Shown: positions 59,857 to 64,000 of the stretch, piece after piece
Layout of the letters: every line of letters starts with the position of its first letter
Position numbering within the stretch: the stretch's first letter is position 1
Source: Candidatus Thalassarchaeum betae
GTDB lineage: Archaea > Thermoplasmatota > Poseidoniia > Poseidoniales > Thalassarchaeaceae
Assembly (NCBI GenBank): GCA_003193925.1
Contig: PSPG01000001.1
Coordinates: 15,494-79,493, forward strand
Direction: 5' to 3'
Length of the DNA: 64,000 nucleotides
Notes under the pieces: model-generated
Told to the model about the DNA's origin: nothing
Database searches by the model: none
The model's input: the letters and a program-made list of their open reading frames with translations, nothing else
Position numbers and translations under genes: made by a program

Positions 59857-60858
59857 TCAACGCTCCGCCCACATCTCGAGCCAGACCTCCAGATTCGCCT
59901 CGATGTCCCCGTGCTCCACCGGCCGCTTCACGCTGCCGCCTTCCTCCAGCGCCCGAATCCTGCAGCCACATGCATTGGCGTGTCCTCCGCCGTCGAGGTC
60001 GAACCTCGTGGCGAGCCTCGTCAGATCGTATATCCCGCCGGAGGTGTGCAGGAATGAGTTGGTGTAGAACGATGCCGAGACAGGGTATCGCCCCTCTTCT
60101 CCGAAGGAAGCACCGACATCTCCGTGGACCACTATGCAGGCATCGCAGTCGTCGCCGACAAGCGCAGTCACATGATAGCCGTTGGAGCGAACATCCCGGT
60201 CCTCCAACCTGACGATTGCTAGACGGTCCACGACATAGGTGTTCTCGGCGATGACCGAATCCATCTCGGCCTGCTTTGCCCGCCTTTTCTCAAGTGCGGG
60301 CTCAACGACTGTATCACTCAGTATCTTATCGACTGAAACGCCGTGCTGCAAGGCTTCGAGTATGTGATTTGCAATACCCGCCTCGATATCAATTACCCGT
60401 CCCAGCCAGATTACCGGGTGGTCGGAGAGGAACTCCTCGCGGTTGATCCCGCCTCCGTCCAGCTTGTCCACCCAGACCAAGAGGTCTTCGAGGTCGCTGA
60501 GATCCACTTCACCGGCGAGCATATCGTACGCGATTCGAGCCGCGGACGGGGACTCCCTCCAAATGATGACGACACCATGGTCATCGCCCTCACTTGGAGC
60601 ATTGGACTGGTGGTGATCGATGCTCAGCCCGCAGTCCGGGTGTCGGGGCAAATCGCAGACTGCGGTGTGCCTGTCGATATGCTCGTCTAGCAGCCCGGCT
60701 CGCAATTCACCTGGGTGGCCGAAGACCACCTCGGCCTCAGGCCACCAGCGCCTCAGTATCGCTGCGGTGACGACTCCGTCGAGGTCGCTGTCAGTGACTA
60801 TCCTGCGAATATCCAGTGCCAGCGCTTCGCGCTCCATCTCCGCACCAGCCCTAGCCAC
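59857..60858 (-). CDS. DHH/DHHA1 family phosphoesterase
   Basis: DSDLDG, CDLP, IDHH, GGGHANACG. Confidence 0.88.
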   Translation of the reverse strand: MARAGAEMEREALALDIRRIVTDSDLDGVVTAAILRRWWPEAEVVFGHPGELRAGLLDEHIDRHTAVCDLPRHPDCGLSIDHHQSNAPSEGDDHGVVIIWRESPSAARIAYDMLAGEVDLSDLEDLLVWVDKLDGGGINREEFLSDHPVIWLGRVIDIEAGIANHILEALQHGVSVDKILSDTVVEPALEKRRAKQAEMDSVIAENTYVVDRLAIVRLEDRDVRSNGYHVTALVGDDCDACIVVHGDVGASFGEEGRYPVSASFYTNSFLHTSGGIYDLTRLATRFDLDGGGHANACGCRIRALEEGGSVKRPVEHGDIEANLEVWLEMWAER

Positions 60859-60957
60859 CCCCCCATTGTGCTTTCGCAGTCGAATGCGGCGAACTCATCA
60901 GGATCCGATGGGCGCCCTAGTGGCAATTGAGATATGCATGGCCCCTTTGCGAATCCC

Positions 60958-61371
60958 ATGGAGACTTCGTGCGGCTTCGTCCTCGTCAACTACGACAGCG
61001 TCCTTCTACTGCAATATCCACAAGGCCACTGGAGCTTCCCGAAGGGGCACGTCGAGGCCGGTGAGACCAACCATCACATCACGGCCTCGCGCGAGCTCGC
61101 CGAGGAGACTGGCATTAACGGGGTGGCGATTGACGACTCGTGGGGGTCGCGCACTCACTACACCTTCCGGAGGAAGGGCAGGGAGATCCCCAAGCAGGTC
61201 TACTGGTACCTCGCTGAGACGAATGAGTTGGATGTCACCCTCTCCAAGGAGCACACCAACTACCTGTGGCTGGACTTCGAAGGGGCCGAGGCCCAACTTA
61301 CCTTCGACCAGGAGAAGGACCTCCTGCGCTCGGCGAGGGACCACCTGAGGTCAGTCGGAAGGTCGATTTGA
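60958..61371 (+). CDS. NUDIX hydrolase, Ap4A-hydrolase-like
   Basis: SCG, HWSFPKGHVEAGE...RELAEETGI, LSKEH..Y.W. Confidence 0.88.
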   Translation: METSCGFVLVNYDSVLLLQYPQGHWSFPKGHVEAGETNHHITASRELAEETGINGVAIDDSWGSRTHYTFRRKGREIPKQVYWYLAETNELDVTLSKEHTNYLWLDFEGAEAQLTFDQEKDLLRSARDHLRSVGRSI

Positions 61372-61980
61372 TCACTCCTCGCGCTTGCCCAGAGGGGTCC
61401 ATAGGACCTCTTCCTCCCCTGTGTGGGAGGAAATCCAGCGCCCGAGGACGAACATCCAGTCCGAGAGCCTGTTGAGATAGGAAACGACCTCTGCCCGTAT
61501 CGCCTCATCTCCGTCCATCTCACGCATCGAACAGGCGTGCCGCTCGGCTCGGCGTGCCACTGTGCGGGCCACGTGGAGAGTCGCTACCGGCGGGGATCCT
61601 GTGGGCATGATGAATGACTCCAATGGCTCGAGATCCTCCAGCCAAATGTCCATCTCTGCGACCAGCCTGTCGCATGCGTCAGAGCCGATGAGAACCATCT
61701 GCTCAGGCAGCCTGCCAGGCGTGCAGGAGCACTCCCCACCGATGTCGAAGAGCTCCTGCTGGACCCCGCCCATCGCTTCATCCGCGGCGTTGCGGACCTC
61801 GAGCGAGATGCTTGGCATCCGGTTGAGCTCCATTCTGACGACGCCGATTTGCGAGTTGACCTCGTCAATGGTCCCAAAGAGCCTCACTCGGGGATGCTCC
61901 TTGCCGACCTTGGTCCCATCGAGCAGACGGGTCTGGCCCGTGTCGCCGGCTCCGGTGTGGACCTTGGTTATTCTAACCAT
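61372..61980 (-). CDS. pduO: Cob(I)alamin adenosyltransferase, PduO type
   Basis: KVHTGAGDTGQT, GTIDEVNS, ARTVARRAER, YLNRLSDW.F. Confidence 0.92.
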   Translation of the reverse strand: MVRITKVHTGAGDTGQTRLLDGTKVGKEHPRVRLFGTIDEVNSQIGVVRMELNRMPSISLEVRNAADEAMGGVQQELFDIGGECSCTPGRLPEQMVLIGSDACDRLVAEMDIWLEDLEPLESFIMPTGSPPVATLHVARTVARRAERHACSMREMDGDEAIRAEVVSYLNRLSDWMFVLGRWISSHTGEEEVLWTPLGKREE

Positions 61981-62008
61981 GCTGATTCTCCGATTAGGTT
62001 CGGTGCTA

Positions 62009-62734
62009 TCAATCGTCCCGAAGTGAGGTCGGCTTCGTTTGACTCAGCGCCTTTTCCATGGCACCGATCCACGCTTCGTCGACGGATTCCCAGCCGCCTG
62101 CCTTCTCCAGTTCGAGAATGTGCTCGCGCTCCTCCTCCTGGTTGCCCGCATGGCGGTGAATCAGTGCGAGAGCGGCGTGGCTCATCGCGTTGATCCAGGG
62201 ATTCTCCATGTCCCACGAACGCTCGAAGTGCGAGATGGCTCCATTCGGGCCGTGAATCAGGCCACGCCGAACTTGTCTCAGACCCGATTTCGACCATGAG
62301 ATGGCTTGGACACCGACCACGAGGCCTCTGAAAGCCAAGTAGATCTCCAACAGGACCAGGATCGAGGCCACAGTGAATGATCCGATCTGCTCCGTCTGGC
62401 CCATGTCTGCCCACATATCGCCCATGAGGCTGATTGCGCCCATGCACAGCAGGATTCCTCCGAAGGGCGCGACCACGACGTCGTCGCGAAGAACAGCCAT
62501 GTGGATGACCCCGATGACCACGGCTACGCCACCGATGAACGCGGCTACGATTGCCGGGACCGACTCGGTGGTCGGACGAGGTGCCGTGGTCGAGATCCAG
62601 AGGACGATGCCGATTATGATCAGGACAGCAGCGAACCTGCCGCTGATCTCTGGGAATGGCTGATGACGAGAATAGTACAAGGTGATGACGCCGAGGGCGA
62701 TGAAGAGCGCGATCCAGAACCACATGGGAATCAC
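62009..62734 (-). CDS. Hypothetical membrane protein
   Basis: About 5 TM segments followed by a helical soluble tail. Confidence 0.7.
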   Translation of the reverse strand: MIPMWFWIALFIALGVITLYYSRHQPFPEISGRFAAVLIIIGIVLWISTTAPRPTTESVPAIVAAFIGGVAVVIGVIHMAVLRDDVVVAPFGGILLCMGAISLMGDMWADMGQTEQIGSFTVASILVLLEIYLAFRGLVVGVQAISWSKSGLRQVRRGLIHGPNGAISHFERSWDMENPWINAMSHAALALIHRHAGNQEEEREHILELEKAGGWESVDEAWIGAMEKALSQTKPTSLRDD

Positions 62735-63075
62735 TCCTCCCTTGGTTCGTCACGCCATCCCGGCTTCCAGAAGTCCTCGTCGTCGAGCCACTTCAACCAC
62801 TCGTCAGCATCGGCTCGCAATAGCCTGAACGCTCTGCGGTCCAGACCTTCCAGCAGCGACTCGTCAACCTCCCCCTTGCCGTGGGACTCGGCCCACTCTG
62901 CCTGAATTTGCCTGACTTGGCGATGACCCTCAGCGGAATCGTCGAAGCAACGCTCGCAGACATCCCTGAGGTCCTGGATCCACATCCGGGCGCCTCGCAT
63001 GTGTGGGTCTTCGACGAGGGGCTTCTCCCTGCGCTTGAACGGCCACCACCCCATCTCTATCACTAACCCCCCCAC
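62731..63075 (-). CDS. Hypothetical protein
   Basis: 4-nt overlap with the downstream gene; Trp-rich; start may be ATG 63054. Confidence 0.65.
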   Translation of the reverse strand: MGGLVIEMGWWPFKRREKPLVEDPHMRGARMWIQDLRDVCERCFDDSAEGHRQVRQIQAEWAESHGKGEVDESLLEGLDRRAFRLLRADADEWLKWLDDEDFWKPGWRDEPREE

Positions 63076-63233
63076 AGCCGACTTTCTTGATGCTTTGCGA
63101 ACCGCTCAAGTCGGTGGTCGGGCACCAAGCGGCCTATGATACCCGGATAGCGCTGGTGATACGCTTGCGCACGCGCGGGGGGTTCTGTTGATAAGCGGGG
63201 CGAATTTGACGGGCCACTTCGGTGGTCGGCACG

Positions 63234-64000
63234 ATGGACGAGACAAGCACTAGAACAATGAGAGACAGGAGGAAGAACAACTCTGCGATAGCGATGGTAC
63301 TGCTCATGCTGATGAGCGCGCAGCTGTACAGCTTCCAGGATTTCGAGAGGGATGATCCCGAGGAATCCGAATGGGGTGCCGTGCCTCAGAGGACGGCATA
63401 CCAGCAGATGAACCAGGCTTCGGGACCAATGTCAGGAGACTCCCAGGGTCAGCCAGCAGCGGGGTTCGCGTGGGACCAAGTCAGTTTCACCGATCCAAGG
63501 TACCACGACCCCGCTTCGTTCTTCGGCAAGGTATCGGACCCCTCCATCCTCAACCTCGATGCCGGATACGGTTTCTTCCTCGAGCAGACTCGGACCCAGG
63601 ACCACGACAACGACGGTATCGACGACCTGAATGACCTCGATGACGACAACGACGGAATCAACGACCTCCTCGAGCGCTTCGACGGCTGCTACGGCACCGA
63701 CCCGTTCGACCACGATAACGACGGCATCCTCGACGAGTTCGACTGGGACGACGACAGTGATGGCATCCTCGAGGGGCCGATCGACTACTCGCAGGGCACC
63801 GACCCGCGAAACGTCAGCGCCGACCGCTACGTCGAACCCTCCACCGTCCACCCGTGGACCGGGACTCCTGTCGGCACCGGCTACCTCGTCGACCAGAACC
63901 CGATGGACCACGACAACGACGGGATAACCGATGAGGACACCGACGGCACCGGCCGCGGCTCCTACGACGAGGACGACGACAACGACGGTCGGATTGACCA
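63234..64000 (+). CDS. Secreted Asp-rich Ca-binding protein with thrombospondin type-3-like repeats (5' part, runs off window)
   Basis: Absent from the ORF track; reads MDETSTRTMRDRRKNNSAIAMVLLMLMS...DHDNDGIDD.NDLDDDNDGI...DHDNDGILD...DDDSDGI...DHDNDGITD...DDDNDGRID with no stop. Confidence 0.85.
   Translation, partial: MDETSTRTMRDRRKNNSAIAMVLLMLMSAQLYSFQDFERDDPEESEWGAVPQRTAYQQMNQASGPMSGDSQGQPAAGFAWDQVSFTDPRYHDPASFFGKVSDPSILNLDAGYGFFLEQTRTQDHDNDGIDDLNDLDDDNDGINDLLERFDGCYGTDPFDHDNDGILDEFDWDDDSDGILEGPIDYSQGTDPRNVSADRYVEPSTVHPWTGTPVGTGYLVDQNPMDHDNDGITDEDTDGTGRGSYDEDDDNDGRID

Noticed and set aside
63600-64000. Recurring GACAACGACGG units as a possible CRISPR or DNA repeat array
   Set aside because: Irregular spacing, fully explained by DxDNDG protein repeats

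Overview
A gene-dense, GC-rich archaeal chromosome segment. Archaeal markers are TFB, topoisomerase VI A/B, Dph5, Rpo12, an RFC-like ATPase and the split GMP synthase A subunit. These occur with bacterial-type UvrA, RhlE, beta-oxidation genes and giant secreted proteins, which fits Marine Group II (Poseidoniales); this taxonomy is inference, not a database result. The window has about 54 CDS, two of them cut by the window edges, and two CCA-encoding tRNAs (Asp-GTC, Arg-CCT). I found no CRISPR array, integrase, transposase or rRNA. Best leads: (1) a 1693-aa surface protein laid out like an integrin alpha chain, with 7 propeller-type repeats, an inserted MIDAS/vWA domain, an Ig-like stalk, one TM helix and a short tail; (2) 7 of 11 convergent CDS pairs meet stop-to-stop with exactly 0 nt between them; (3) a TT(C/G)A element about 29 nt upstream of many start codons, suggesting leaderless transcription from a non-canonical TATA box; (4) a large helical protein with a C-terminal PIN domain near DHH and NUDIX hydrolases; (5) an SdhA-like flavoprotein lacking its catalytic residues; (6) an acyl-CoA-binding protein inside a beta-oxidation operon; (7) Rpo12 with an extra zinc ribbon. 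All product calls come from reading motifs by eye, and several starts were moved from the ORF track.
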